From positions 1 to 48,902 of the forward strand of contig CAYFHO010000033.1 in NCBI GenBank assembly GCA_964342825.1: DNA of 48,902 nucleotides, in the 5' to 3' direction. The notes beneath the pieces are model-generated. The model ran no database searches. It was not told where the DNA came from and saw only the letters and a list, made by a program, of their open reading frames with translations. The translations under genes and the position numbers were made by a program. This stretch comes from an uncultured Verrucomicrobiota bacterium (GTDB lineage Bacteria > Verrucomicrobiota > Verrucomicrobiia > Limisphaerales > AAA164-E04). Numbering within the stretch: position 1 is the stretch's first letter; each line of letters starts with the position of its first letter. Below, one piece after another: positions 19,538-29,453 of this stretch.

Positions 19538-20246
19538 TATAGATCACACGGCCACCTTGCGCGAAGCGCGCTATCGAGGCCAGAAAAAGGGCGAACCCGA
19601 CCCCATAGAAGCCGCATTGCTTTGCGTTGAAGCCGGATGTCATGGAATTACGGCTCACCTTCGTGAGGATCGACGTCATATTCAGGATAGGGATATTGAT
19701 CGTTTGGCCACCATATTAACCGTTCCTCTGAATTTTGAAATCGCCAACACCCGTGAAATGATCTCGAAAGCCCTCGAGATCATGCCTGCAGCAGTTTGCA
19801 TGGTACCCGAAAAACGGGAAGAAGTGACCACCGAAGGCGGTTTGGACGTTGTCTCGCAATCCGATTCAATCACTGACTCGGTTCTCCAACTGCAGGAAGC
19901 CGGAATAGAAGTCAGTTTGTTTATCGCTCCGGACGAAGATGTCATCCGTGCTTCCAGCGCCACAGGTGCGAAAGCCATTGAACTTCACACGGGTGCTTAT
20001 GCAGAAGCTTTTCCGGACGAGTTTTTAAGAAAAGTTGAAATTAAGAGGCTAAAAGATGCCGCTAATCTGGCCCATCGATTGGGCCTGAAGGTCAATGCGG
20101 GACATGGATTGAATTATCAGAATTTGAGTGAACTTCTGGAGGTTCCCTGGTTGGAAGAATTAAATATTGGTCACAGCATTGTCTCACGAGCATTGACAGT
20201 AGGCTTTGAAAGAGCCGTGAGAGAAATGTTGGAGCTGATTGAATAA
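19518..20246 (+). CDS. pdxJ: Pyridoxine 5'-phosphate synthase
   Basis: LGVNIDHTATLREAR, GITAHLREDRRHI and GHGLNY match PdxJ signatures. 242 aa. Confidence 0.9.
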   Translation: MLKLGVNIDHTATLREARYRGQKKGEPDPIEAALLCVEAGCHGITAHLREDRRHIQDRDIDRLATILTVPLNFEIANTREMISKALEIMPAAVCMVPEKREEVTTEGGLDVVSQSDSITDSVLQLQEAGIEVSLFIAPDEDVIRASSATGAKAIELHTGAYAEAFPDEFLRKVEIKRLKDAANLAHRLGLKVNAGHGLNYQNLSELLEVPWLEELNIGHSIVSRALTVGFERAVREMLELIE

Positions 20247-20254
20247 TTAATTTA

Positions 20255-20280
20255 GGGCGGTCGCAGACCTGCGACCGCCC
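20255..20280. terminator. Bidirectional intrinsic terminator between convergent genes
   Basis: Perfect hairpin GGGCGGTCGCAG-acc-CTGCGACCGCCC, followed by TGTGTTTTG on the plus strand and with T-rich context on the minus strand. Sits between the pdxJ stop (20246) and the stop of the minus-strand gene (20301). Confidence 0.6.
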
Positions 20281-20300
20281 TGTGTTTTGAGACCAGTCTG

Positions 20301-21278
20301 TTAATTGTTAAATATGGTTATTTGATCCTGATTTTTGCTATTTGGATAACAGGATAAAGCAGGGGTTGCATATGCCCCTCCTGTTATTGTTAATATTACA
20401 GTTTCATTTCCATCCAATGGGTCATAATAAGGATTTACAGAAACCCATTTTGCCGTTTGCCCTGCGGCAAAATATATTGATGATGGGTAGTTCGAGTAGT
20501 AGTCCGAGCCGTAAGTAGCAGTACCTGACCAAGAAATATTGACGGTCAATGGGTGAACGGAATCACACCGCCTGACATAGAACCCTCCACTGTAAGTGCC
20601 CCCATAGTAGTTATCACTTGCATTGCTTTTACTAGTGATCCCTACCTCTTCTTGAATTACCCTTCCAAATGGATTTCCTATGCTTGGCAAGCTTGGGATT
20701 GCAGCCCCTTGGGCCAATTCTAAGTGAACTTCAAGATATACTCCACGAATGGTGGTGACATATCCTTCATTACAACCTGAATTATCGTAATATTCAATGG
20801 TATATGTTCCTGAATCATACCAGGAATTCGAAACTCCACTACCTGTTATTGTAGTTCTCGTCACAGAGCCATGATCGAAGTAAATATCATCTGCATCGGT
20901 AACGAAGTCCCACCAGCCAGTACTGCTGTCGGTGTAATTTGTCGTACTTCCTGTCAGGATAGCCTCATTGCAATGCTGCCTTATGGCATGGCCTATTTTT
21001 GTTCCAGTTCCTTTGTCACTGACATTTGAACCGTTCACTGTGGCGTTTTCATATGTATATGCATAAACATCCGTAAACACTGGAAAAAATGAAGCTCCTT
21101 TGACTCCTCCACAAAATGTATAACTGTAAACAACATTACCATTTGCTGTACTAGGAACGGACATACCAAAACCTGGCGATGCCGTATCATACCATACTTG
21201 TTTTCCCATTAAGGTAGTTGCATTAGCTAGCAACAATATTGCGGTTAGACATATTAATTTATTCATTTTTTTGAACAT
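20301..21278 (-). CDS. Secreted Tyr/Gly/Thr/Ser-rich hypothetical protein in a low-GC segment
   Basis: 325 aa with a signal peptide (MNKLICLTAILLLANATTLMG). Low-complexity Y/G/T/S-rich composition with several Cys. GC of the gene is about 38-45% in sampled 60-mers versus about 58% in flanking pdxJ. An AT-rich upstream region lies at 21280-21470. Confidence 0.55.
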   Translation of the reverse strand: MFKKMNKLICLTAILLLANATTLMGKQVWYDTASPGFGMSVPSTANGNVVYSYTFCGGVKGASFFPVFTDVYAYTYENATVNGSNVSDKGTGTKIGHAIRQHCNEAILTGSTTNYTDSSTGWWDFVTDADDIYFDHGSVTRTTITGSGVSNSWYDSGTYTIEYYDNSGCNEGYVTTIRGVYLEVHLELAQGAAIPSLPSIGNPFGRVIQEEVGITSKSNASDNYYGGTYSGGFYVRRCDSVHPLTVNISWSGTATYGSDYYSNYPSSIYFAAGQTAKWVSVNPYYDPLDGNETVILTITGGAYATPALSCYPNSKNQDQITIFNN

Positions 21279-21692
21279 TTATTTTTAACGTTTTGAATTG
21301 AGCTGAACACTGCGTTCCGTAAAGCTCAACTCCTAGCTTTTATGAGTGCTTACGAAGCCCTCATATAATAAAGGCGTAAAATCGTTAAATCAGGGGTCAC
21401 TAAAAAACAAAAAAATTAAAATATAATTTATTCTAATAAATTATATTAGTTTATGTAAAATTTTAACCAATGCAACTTCAACGAATTTCAAATAGAAAAC
21501 CGACCTTTTTGCTGGGGTTTCAGCATTTCACAAAAGCGAATCGAAGGCAGGAGTCTCGATCAAGTTACAACTGGAAAACTTTGAAAAGGGAAAACCTTGT
21601 ATCACTGTCTTTCAATAGAATCCCAAAGGCTTGTCAGGGATTGATTCATTTACCTTAGAAGTAAATCAAGGTTGGGTAATGAAAATAAAAAA

Positions 21693-21716
21693 AACCATGC
21701 CCCGAAGAGCATGGTT
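21693..21716. terminator. Intrinsic terminator downstream of the DUF1559 pseudopilin gene
   Basis: AAAAAAAACCATGC-cccgaaga-GCATGGTTTTTTGG. An 8-bp perfect stem with an A-run on one side and a T-run on the other, so it works in both directions. Confidence 0.55.
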
Positions 21717-21744
21717 TTTTGGTTGGACATGTAGTATGAACCAA

Positions 21745-22629
21745 CTACGGGCTTCCGTATGGTAACGGTTGACCGTCGCATCGAGCTGAAGTTCTCACCT
21801 GAACCCATATAGCATCACGGCTTCCTGGAACAGCCAATCTGGATACAGAACCGTTTCGAGCAGGGAGGTCGGTATCCGGATCATTCCACTTTTTAATTTC
21901 ACTATGCCCGTCCAAAAACGTGAAATTGGCTGCGCGGTTATGATATGAAGCAGGCCAGTCAATCCATTCCTGCTGGTTCATACCAACAGCAAAGCCTGCG
22001 TCATTAATGCTTCGTTCGTCCTCATCAAGAAACACCCATAAATTGGAAGGTCCTGGGTTGGTTGCGTCGGACTCCTTACCATATGTTTTGTAAGGTCGAC
22101 AGGGTTTGTGCTGAAGATTATTGTCCAACCATCTACCATCAACAGGCTGACGCTTATTCAGGGCAATTGTCCCTACAGCCTGACTCATGGCCCATGATCG
22201 AACGCGTGGAACAACCCTGCCACCAACTCTAACTGTGCTTTTGTCAGCGGGGCATCTGAAAATCTGATGTGACCCAACGTAAGGGCCAAGTTTTGAAGTT
22301 CTTGGATCTACCAACATTTGCCAATTTGTTGCGTGTGAAACATTTCCCATAGTCCCACCACACCAGTTGTCGCCTGTAGTATTTCCATTGTCCGGGTTGG
22401 GGGGGAACCAATCCTCGTTGTCGGTCGCGTAAATTTTGAAGGCCAGCATCATTTGGCGGCCGTTGTTCATGCATTTGATACCTTGAGCCTTGGTTTTAGC
22501 CTTACTCAGAGCGGGAAGCAGCATTCCAGCGAGGATGGCAATGATTGCAATCACCACCAGAAGCTCAATCAGGGTAAAGCCTTTTTTCAGCACTCCCCGA
22601 TTTTTCCGGTTTTTCGTGTTGATTTTCAT
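21745..22629 (-). CDS. Prepilin-type N-terminal cleavage/methylation domain protein with DUF1559 (H-X9-DG) domain (type II secretion pseudopilin-like)
   Basis: [26 protein letters not shown] is a class III signal / N-methylation motif. C-terminal H-x9-DG ([13 protein letters not shown]). This family is abundant in Planctomycetota/Verrucomicrobiota. Confidence 0.85.
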   Translation of the reverse strand: MKINTKNRKNRGVLKKGFTLIELLVVIAIIAILAGMLLPALSKAKTKAQGIKCMNNGRQMMLAFKIYATDNEDWFPPNPDNGNTTGDNWCGGTMGNVSHATNWQMLVDPRTSKLGPYVGSHQIFRCPADKSTVRVGGRVVPRVRSWAMSQAVGTIALNKRQPVDGRWLDNNLQHKPCRPYKTYGKESDATNPGPSNLWVFLDEDERSINDAGFAVGMNQQEWIDWPASYHNRAANFTFLDGHSEIKKWNDPDTDLPARNGSVSRLAVPGSRDAIWVQVRTSARCDGQPLPYGSP

Positions 22630-22821
22630 AAGTGTAGAATGTTCCTTGGTTAGGTGTTAAACAGACCACGCCATCTAACTTTTGCCTTTCCCGTATGTCA
22701 ACTCATAGATGAGTGTCAAGCTATCGACAACTGTGCGTTTACATGCACAATCCTGGTTTGAGACGGAAAACACGCATTTATTGAAACATTGCGTATCTGT
22801 GTTACGTCTTCAGTCGTGTAG

Positions 22822-25140
22822 ATGAGATCTATTGGTATTCCTAATAAATTGCTGTGGACCGCTCCATTGTTGGTAGCTTTGGTCGTTGCCGTGGTGGGTT
22901 GGTGGGCGAATCGTCAGATCGGCCAGGCGGTGAAACAAGCTGTCCAGGAGGTCATGGGTTCTGCTCTCACCGCCAACGTAACTGCGCTGGATATTTGGCT
23001 TGAAAATCAAAAGAAATTGGTCAAATCCATCGCAAACGACCCAGAGATTCAGCAGCAGGCACTCAAAATCATAGAGGACCCGTCTTCTTACCAGCACGAT
23101 GCCAATCTGCACTCGGCCGGTCTGCCTCTGGAAACGTTTGAAGCTTGCCTTCAGAGACGTGTGGATGAAATTGACTACTACTACGCATTCATCATCACTC
23201 CTGATCTTGATATCGCTCACCATTTTCTGGGAGACATCCCGGAGCGTCTCGGAAAAATACCAGACGCGCTCCAAACTAAATATACACAATTATTTCAAAC
23301 AAAAGACGCCGTAGTCATCACTCCCTTCAAACGCCCCGAAAGAGTCCGTGGCGGTAAACCTGGACACCCGGGAGAACAGAGATTTCGAAATCGACCCGTG
23401 CATCAAGCGCCGGGAAACAGACGTACACCTCGAGGATTCCCTCATGGAAGGCCTGGACCTAGAGGAATGGGCAAAGAAATTCCAGCTCATCTACTAGATC
23501 TCATGCAACAAGAAACCCTGATGCAGGTTGCAGCCCCCATATTGGATCGGGATGGCGAAGTTGTGGGAGCCATGGCGTTTTTCATCGATCCCGAAAGGGA
23601 GTTTTCAAGGATTATGTCGGTCGCTCGCCCCGGTGAAAGTGGTGAAACTTACGCCTTTGACGGATCGGGATTGATGGTTTCCAAAAGCAGATTTGATGAG
23701 TCTTTGCGTGACATGGGTTTATTGGATTCACAATCAAAATCAACTTCAGCCCTCAATCTAAAACTAAAGGATCCGGGCAAGATGCTGGTTCCCGGCTCCA
23801 CCCTGGCTCCCGACGAAATCGAGCAGTGGCCGTTTACCCGCGTCGCAATGTCGACAATGAACCACCTGGAATCTTTTGAGGAAGGAGAAGAAATCACTGC
23901 ATTTCAGAAGATGGAGGTGGAACCATTTCGAGATTATCGGGGAGTTGAAGTCGTTGGTGCTTGGACCTGGTTGCCAAACTACCAGCTTGGAATCGCCACT
24001 CAGATAGATGCGGACGAAGCATTTCGATCACTGGAAATGCTGAGGTGGGTGTTTGTGGTATTGATCCTACTCCTGCTGTTGGCCTCCATCCTGATTTTCC
24101 TGTTTTCCATCCTGAACATTCACTGGAAACAACGATTGGCAGAGGCTCAGCTGGAGGCCAAGAAACTGGGACAATATCATCTTGAATCAAAAATTGGTGA
24201 GGGGGGCATGGGGACCGTTTACCGGGCAAAGCACGCCTTGTTGAGGAGGGAAACAGCAATCAAGTTACTGACACCCGAAAAGGCTGATGACCTATCGCTG
24301 CAGCGCTTTGAACGCGAAGTCAAGCTGACGAGTCAACTGACCCATCCTAACACGATTCAAATTTACGACTACGGTCATACTCCACAGGGCCTTTTTTACT
24401 ATGCCATGGAATATCTGGATGGATTGAACTTGAAAGAATTGGTCACGAGATATGGACCACAATCCTCCGCTCGGGTCGTGCACATACTCTCGCAGATTTG
24501 TGAATCACTTCAGGAAGCACATCGCGCCGGATTGATCCACCGCGACATCAAACCGGCAAACATCATTCTGTGTGAAAGAGGTGGAGTGCCTGATTTTGTC
24601 AAGGTCCTGGATTTTGGTCTGGTAAAACATTACGGCATTTCCAACAAAGAAAAGACCCAGGTGACCACCACGACCACCGTGAGCGGAACGCCGCAATTTC
24701 TGGCTCCAGAGGCCATTCGAAATCCGGATGATGCCGATCCGCGCAGCGATATCTATGCGGTTGGTGCTGTGGGCTACTTTTTGTTGACGGGTCACTATGT
24801 TTTCGAAGGGCAGTCCATGATGGAAATCTTCGAGAAACACCTCACCCAGAAACCAGACCCGCCTTCCTCGAGAGTGGATGCAACCATTTGCCCGAGTCTG
24901 GAACGGGTTATCCTGGATTGCCTGAGCAAGGATTTAGGTGACCGCCCAAGCTCGGTGGCTGAACTGGCAGAACGCATTTCATGTTGCTCGGTGGATGACG
25001 TGTGGTCCATCCATGAACGTATCAGATGGTGGGGAGAATTCCATGCTTCAGGAGAAGATGTAGAAGTGCAGATGTCACATGCCAGTTCGGTGTCAACTTC
25101 CGATAAGACCGTCCTCATCGATCTGGATGATCGCTCGTGA
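22822..25140 (+). CDS. Transmembrane Ser/Thr protein kinase with extracytoplasmic (Cache-like) sensor domain
   Basis: TM1 at residues about 9-29. An extracytoplasmic region of about 380 aa. TM2 (WVFVVLILLLLLASILIFLFSIL). Hanks kinase motifs: IGEGGMGTVYRAKH, AIK, HRDIKPANIIL, DFGL, GTPQFLAPE. Unusual Pro/Arg/Gly-rich stretch at nt about 23330-23480. Confidence 0.8.
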   Translation: MRSIGIPNKLLWTAPLLVALVVAVVGWWANRQIGQAVKQAVQEVMGSALTANVTALDIWLENQKKLVKSIANDPEIQQQALKIIEDPSSYQHDANLHSAGLPLETFEACLQRRVDEIDYYYAFIITPDLDIAHHFLGDIPERLGKIPDALQTKYTQLFQTKDAVVITPFKRPERVRGGKPGHPGEQRFRNRPVHQAPGNRRTPRGFPHGRPGPRGMGKEIPAHLLDLMQQETLMQVAAPILDRDGEVVGAMAFFIDPEREFSRIMSVARPGESGETYAFDGSGLMVSKSRFDESLRDMGLLDSQSKSTSALNLKLKDPGKMLVPGSTLAPDEIEQWPFTRVAMSTMNHLESFEEGEEITAFQKMEVEPFRDYRGVEVVGAWTWLPNYQLGIATQIDADEAFRSLEMLRWVFVVLILLLLLASILIFLFSILNIHWKQRLAEAQLEAKKLGQYHLESKIGEGGMGTVYRAKHALLRRETAIKLLTPEKADDLSLQRFEREVKLTSQLTHPNTIQIYDYGHTPQGLFYYAMEYLDGLNLKELVTRYGPQSSARVVHILSQICESLQEAHRAGLIHRDIKPANIILCERGGVPDFVKVLDFGLVKHYGISNKEKTQVTTTTTVSGTPQFLAPEAIRNPDDADPRSDIYAVGAVGYFLLTGHYVFEGQSMMEIFEKHLTQKPDPPSSRVDATICPSLERVILDCLSKDLGDRPSSVAELAERISCCSVDDVWSIHERIRWWGEFHASGEDVEVQMSHASSVSTSDKTVLIDLDDRS

Positions 25141-25309
25141 GAACCTCCGATTTTCTCTGGATATCTGAAAAACATTGACAAAAACCGGACAGATTGAAGA
25201 TGTTGAGCCCCGAATGGCATCGTCATCAATGGTTTTCGTTGCGTCATTGCACCCCGATGTTTCTCAATAGTATAAACTTGAGCACCGAGCTGTTCATCGA
25301 GTTGTATGT

Positions 25310-25603
25310 TTGAAAGTTTGTTGTCAAGTGACCACAGAATTGGAAAAAGAAGTACTGCAAAAGTTTGAAGCCAAGCTGCTTCAAATCGTACGCCGCTATC
25401 AGGAAGATGTTTCCTCGTTCGACATGTCTGCCTCGGTTTTCAATGATTGTCTGGATTCACTGGATTTGGCCGAAGTCTTCTCATGGGTGGAACAGCAATT
25501 TGGTGTCTCACCTATGGAACAAGGAAACCTGAATTTTAAAAATTGGGAAGATGTGGCACAATGGGTAGCCAATCGCCTGAACGAATCTCCATCCTCGCAT
25601 TAA
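25310..25603 (+). CDS. Acyl/peptidyl carrier protein-like (phosphopantetheine-attachment) small protein, orphan
   Basis: 97 aa. CLDSLDLAEVFSWVEQQFGV...NWEDVAQWV aligns by eye to the ACP core (DSLD Ser-attachment motif, helix II, helix IV). No synthase, ligase or AT domain is nearby. Confidence 0.5.
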   Translation: MKVCCQVTTELEKEVLQKFEAKLLQIVRRYQEDVSSFDMSASVFNDCLDSLDLAEVFSWVEQQFGVSPMEQGNLNFKNWEDVAQWVANRLNESPSSH

Positions 25604-25642
25604 AGCTTAACAAGTCTTCAATTTTAATTAGCATTTCATCAG

Positions 25643-27544
25643 ATGGCAGAAAACCGAAAACGAAGAAGTCGATCACGCAGTTGGAGACGTAAACTGGAGC
25701 GCAAGGCGGGAGAATCAGCCTTGTTGTTCATCATGCTGAACAAGCCAGGATTCCGTTATACCGTTCTGGCCATCCTATTTGCCTTTTTATGTGCCGGGTT
25801 TTATGTGGCTCCTATCTGGAACATCGCTCCAGAGGGCTACGATCGAAAGGTTAAATCCAGCCTTTACCAGATTAGGGAAGCAAAAAAGTTCAGGGAAAAT
25901 GCCGCTGCAGCCATGCAAGCGGATGATTACGGGGAGGCAGCCTACCTGTTGAGAGTTGCTTTGATGAAGGATAGCGTCAATCCGACGCTATATCGCATGG
26001 TGATCACCAACAGCATGAGTCATGAGGCACTGGAACCTTCTGATATTCGGGATGTTACTTTAAAAACCGAGAAACTTCTGATGTTGACAGAGAATGATCC
26101 TGAAGATTTGGATCTGGTTTTGGCATTTCTGGATCAACAAGGATTGCACGAACACGCCATATACACCTTGCTTGCCAAAGAGAATCTTACCCCCAACCAG
26201 GCAAAGCGCTTGCTGGAACTTCTTTTCGATGCCGAGAGATACGAAACATTTCGAGAAGTCAGAAATCAGTATTCAAGTCAATTACAAGACGTATTTCCTG
26301 GTGCAAATGCATACGAGCACGCAGTGAATGCACTGATGAAGGAAACCATTGACCTCGCTCGCGAAGATGTTCAATCCCTCCAGTCTCTTGAAGCGCAAGG
26401 CCAGGATATCAGCCCTCTTTGCCGCAGTCTCCTGTTGCAGGTTTTCCGCCACTTTGAGCAACCCAAGGAATATGAAACGGTGTTCAAGGCTGTTAAAAAG
26501 AATAAAGAAGATCAACCTGTTCAGCATGCGGATTACTGGAACCTTTTGATGAGTGCGAAACAGCCTCGCAAGGCGGTCTATGAGGCAGCTCAATTTTGGC
26601 CATTTTTGGTGCATCATCGATTCAATCGTCTGGAGAAAGCCATCCGGATTGCCCATGCCTATGAACAAGTCGGGCTCCCAAAGAAGGCGTTTGAGCTGAT
26701 GGATCAGATACAATCCCGTTTTGAAGACGAAGCCGAATATTGGATGGGATACGGAGATTTGTTACTGAAGACCGAAGACTGGCTGGAGGCAACGGCATTG
26801 GCTGTCAAACTGAGAAGCCAGCGTGCCGGAATCAAGTTGTTGAGACCATATGCCTACTACCTCGAGGGCATCTCTCAAGGCCGTTTGAATCGACGCCCAT
26901 CTGCTGCAAATGCTTTTTCCGAGCTGATTAAGCTGAGTCCACTGGACAATGAGAAAACCATATTGAACATGGCACGAGGCATGTTGGAAGTAGGACAGGG
27001 CAGCAAGGCTTTGGAATTTCTTCAAATTCATGATGCCGCTCTGGAAGATCGACTGACTTATGCGCAGCTCCTCTATCAGTCTGCGAGAGAAGCAGGAAAT
27101 GCCATTCTTCTGGCTGAATCGGATCAGTCTTTGGTGGAGTTAAAACCCGATCTGCCCGGAACAGCGGTCCGCCGTCTCGAAACTGCAGTCTTGGCTTTGC
27201 AGGATACCGAAAGTGCCTTGCAGTCCTTTCTGGAAAAACAATCGGAAACGGACTTGAACGACTCAGAGAAACTTCTGGTTTCATGCGCCTACATGCAGCA
27301 AGAACATTTTGATCAAGCGGGTCGCCTGATAGAGGACATTGATCTATCGGCTTTAAGCCAGCGTGAATCTGCGATGTATCATTTCATTCATTTCGAATGG
27401 TTGGTCCGAACAGAGCAAATTCTTGAGGCCAAAAAGCATCTCGCCCTGGTCAATCGACAAGAGTTGTTCCCCAGTCAGGTAGCCCGATTGGAAGCTTTAG
27501 AATTGCAAATAACAACCCCGGATCCGACATTGTTTGATCAATGA
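25643..27544 (+). CDS. Membrane-anchored helical-repeat (TPR-like) protein, paralog A
   Basis: Arg/Lys-rich N-tail, a single TM (YTVLAILFAFLCAGFYVAPIW), motif W-N-I-A-PEGY just after the TM, then about 560 aa of predicted alpha-helical repeats. Paralogous to the next gene, with the same architecture and the motif W-T-V-S-PEGY. Confidence 0.55.
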   Translation: MAENRKRRSRSRSWRRKLERKAGESALLFIMLNKPGFRYTVLAILFAFLCAGFYVAPIWNIAPEGYDRKVKSSLYQIREAKKFRENAAAAMQADDYGEAAYLLRVALMKDSVNPTLYRMVITNSMSHEALEPSDIRDVTLKTEKLLMLTENDPEDLDLVLAFLDQQGLHEHAIYTLLAKENLTPNQAKRLLELLFDAERYETFREVRNQYSSQLQDVFPGANAYEHAVNALMKETIDLAREDVQSLQSLEAQGQDISPLCRSLLLQVFRHFEQPKEYETVFKAVKKNKEDQPVQHADYWNLLMSAKQPRKAVYEAAQFWPFLVHHRFNRLEKAIRIAHAYEQVGLPKKAFELMDQIQSRFEDEAEYWMGYGDLLLKTEDWLEATALAVKLRSQRAGIKLLRPYAYYLEGISQGRLNRRPSAANAFSELIKLSPLDNEKTILNMARGMLEVGQGSKALEFLQIHDAALEDRLTYAQLLYQSAREAGNAILLAESDQSLVELKPDLPGTAVRRLETAVLALQDTESALQSFLEKQSETDLNDSEKLLVSCAYMQQEHFDQAGRLIEDIDLSALSQRESAMYHFIHFEWLVRTEQILEAKKHLALVNRQELFPSQVARLEALELQITTPDPTLFDQ

Positions 27545-27589
27545 TCCTGAAGAGGAGTATCGCAAAGATAAATTGATCATGATAAATCT

Positions 27590-29428
27590 TTGCAAATGTT
27601 TTTCAAAGGCCGCCATCGACCAAAAAGGTCTCAGAATTACCTGATCCACCTGCTTATCAGGGACTGGAAATTTCGCCTGGCCCTGGGATTCATGCTTCTG
27701 ATCACATTTGGCGTCAGCTTGATGCTGCCTAAAGTGTGGACGGTTTCTCCAGAAGGTTACTCTCCGGTTTCGAAGGTAAGTGGATTGGATTTCATACAAG
27801 CCTGGTCCCTGCAAAGACAAGCCCTGAAGCTGGAGTCCGAAAATCAACTTGAGCAGGCTGCGGCATCATGGAACGCCTGTATTGCGAACAGACCCTTTCA
27901 TTCCCCTGCACTCAGAAAAGCTTTAAAAACTTTCGCTCAACTCCCCGATCCCGATTGGCGTCAAGTTTTGCAAGTTCGATATTATGGCCAAATGCTTGAG
28001 GCATTGAATCCTCAAAAAATTGATGATCATGTTTTAGTAGCTGACACACTTTTTAAAATGGGCGCGTTGACCGAGGCGGTTGCCATCAATAAGCATTTTG
28101 ATCTGGTCACAAAAGACGAACAATCACTGTTTCTCTTCAGCGCGTTATTCTTCCTGAACGATTTGGACATTCCTGAAGTTTGGCTTGAGCAGATTCAATC
28201 CCATCCTGATGAGGGAAGCCTATTCGCAGAAAGCATTCTCAAAGTCTCTCGGCTTGTCCAAAACAGAGATCGTTATGATGAATTGGTTCTGTTCGAAAAT
28301 GAAGGAACTGAAACTGACTCCTCAGGTCTGGAGCAACATTTGGAGTTTCAATTGGCTTTCAAGATGGAGGATCTGGAAAATTTGAATGAGTCATTCATTC
28401 AATTGCACTCCAGAGGAATGGCGAGGTCATGGCATTTATTGAAGAAATGGCGACTGCAGCTTAAGAGCGGAGAGAGCACACGTGTCTGGAGTGAAATCCG
28501 ACATGAGAAGAACCTTCGCCTACTCAATGCCGATCAAGTTTTAGAACTGGCCGGTATTTATCTCGATCTAAATAAAATAACTGCTTGCCAGCAAATGCTG
28601 GAATCCTGGCTCGAAGTTTTCCCCTCCGCATCATCTTTGTGGGTGCTTCAGGGAGAATTGTTGATGAAATCTCAAGACCGGGATCACGTCCGCGCCCTGG
28701 CTGGACGCATTCGTTCAGAACCTTCACTGGGGGTTTTATTGGGATACTCCTGGTTTTTAGAAGGCGAAGGTTTCCGACGTGGGGGTGAAAAGGAACGTTC
28801 AGACCTTGCGCTGAAAAAATGGGAGGAATCAAGGGTTCATCTTCCTTCCCTTGATCTTCGAATGACCCGTCACATGAGAGATGTTGGTTTGGCAGATTTG
28901 GCCTTGAGACGTTTCAAGTCTCTGGAACCACATTTTCAGGATCATCCGGAATTTTGGCAGGAGTTGTTTGAATTTGCACATCAAGAGGGTCAGATCCAAT
29001 ATTTGCTCAGAGCCGCCCGTCGATTGCATGAACTTGATTCCAGATCTCCACAACACGCAAACAATCACGCAGCTGTCCTGCTAGCTCTGAGGGAAAACGC
29101 CTCCCAAGCGGTGGCCATCACCATGTCTTTGGTACAACAATTTCCATCAGACCTGATGAGCAGAATCAATCATATCCACGCGCTCATCCAAAACAAGCGT
29201 CTGGAAGATGCAGAGGCTCTTTTGTTATCCATTGATCGTGCTTATTTACCTGAAGATTTTGTTCCAGCTTTTGATTTGGCGGTGTTTGAACTGGCTTGCT
29301 TACAGGGAAATCTAGAACAAGCTCAAGCTGTATTAAAATACCTGAAAATTGAAAAGCTACTACCACCTCAAAAGATCTGGGTAATGGATACGTCCAATCG
29401 TCTGGGTTTGGAGCTTTTTCGGGGTTGA
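27590..29428 (+). CDS. Membrane-anchored helical-repeat (TPR-like) protein, paralog B
   Basis: Basic N-tail (KGRHRPKRSQ), a single TM (LALGFMLLITFGVSLMLPKVW), then WTVSPEGY and helical repeats. Tandem paralog of 25643..27544. Confidence 0.55.
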   Translation: MQMFFKGRHRPKRSQNYLIHLLIRDWKFRLALGFMLLITFGVSLMLPKVWTVSPEGYSPVSKVSGLDFIQAWSLQRQALKLESENQLEQAAASWNACIANRPFHSPALRKALKTFAQLPDPDWRQVLQVRYYGQMLEALNPQKIDDHVLVADTLFKMGALTEAVAINKHFDLVTKDEQSLFLFSALFFLNDLDIPEVWLEQIQSHPDEGSLFAESILKVSRLVQNRDRYDELVLFENEGTETDSSGLEQHLEFQLAFKMEDLENLNESFIQLHSRGMARSWHLLKKWRLQLKSGESTRVWSEIRHEKNLRLLNADQVLELAGIYLDLNKITACQQMLESWLEVFPSASSLWVLQGELLMKSQDRDHVRALAGRIRSEPSLGVLLGYSWFLEGEGFRRGGEKERSDLALKKWEESRVHLPSLDLRMTRHMRDVGLADLALRRFKSLEPHFQDHPEFWQELFEFAHQEGQIQYLLRAARRLHELDSRSPQHANNHAAVLLALRENASQAVAITMSLVQQFPSDLMSRINHIHALIQNKRLEDAEALLLSIDRAYLPEDFVPAFDLAVFELACLQGNLEQAQAVLKYLKIEKLLPPQKIWVMDTSNRLGLELFRG

Positions 29429-29453
29429 CCATCCTCATTGAAGTATCCCCTCC

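Noticed and set aside
21470-21658. 62-aa ORF in the AT-rich intergenic region upstream of the Y/G-rich secreted protein
   Set aside because: It lies in the promoter/terminator-rich AT spacer, is Lys/Arg/Asn-rich as expected from AT-rich sequence, and has no motif. It is more likely non-coding.
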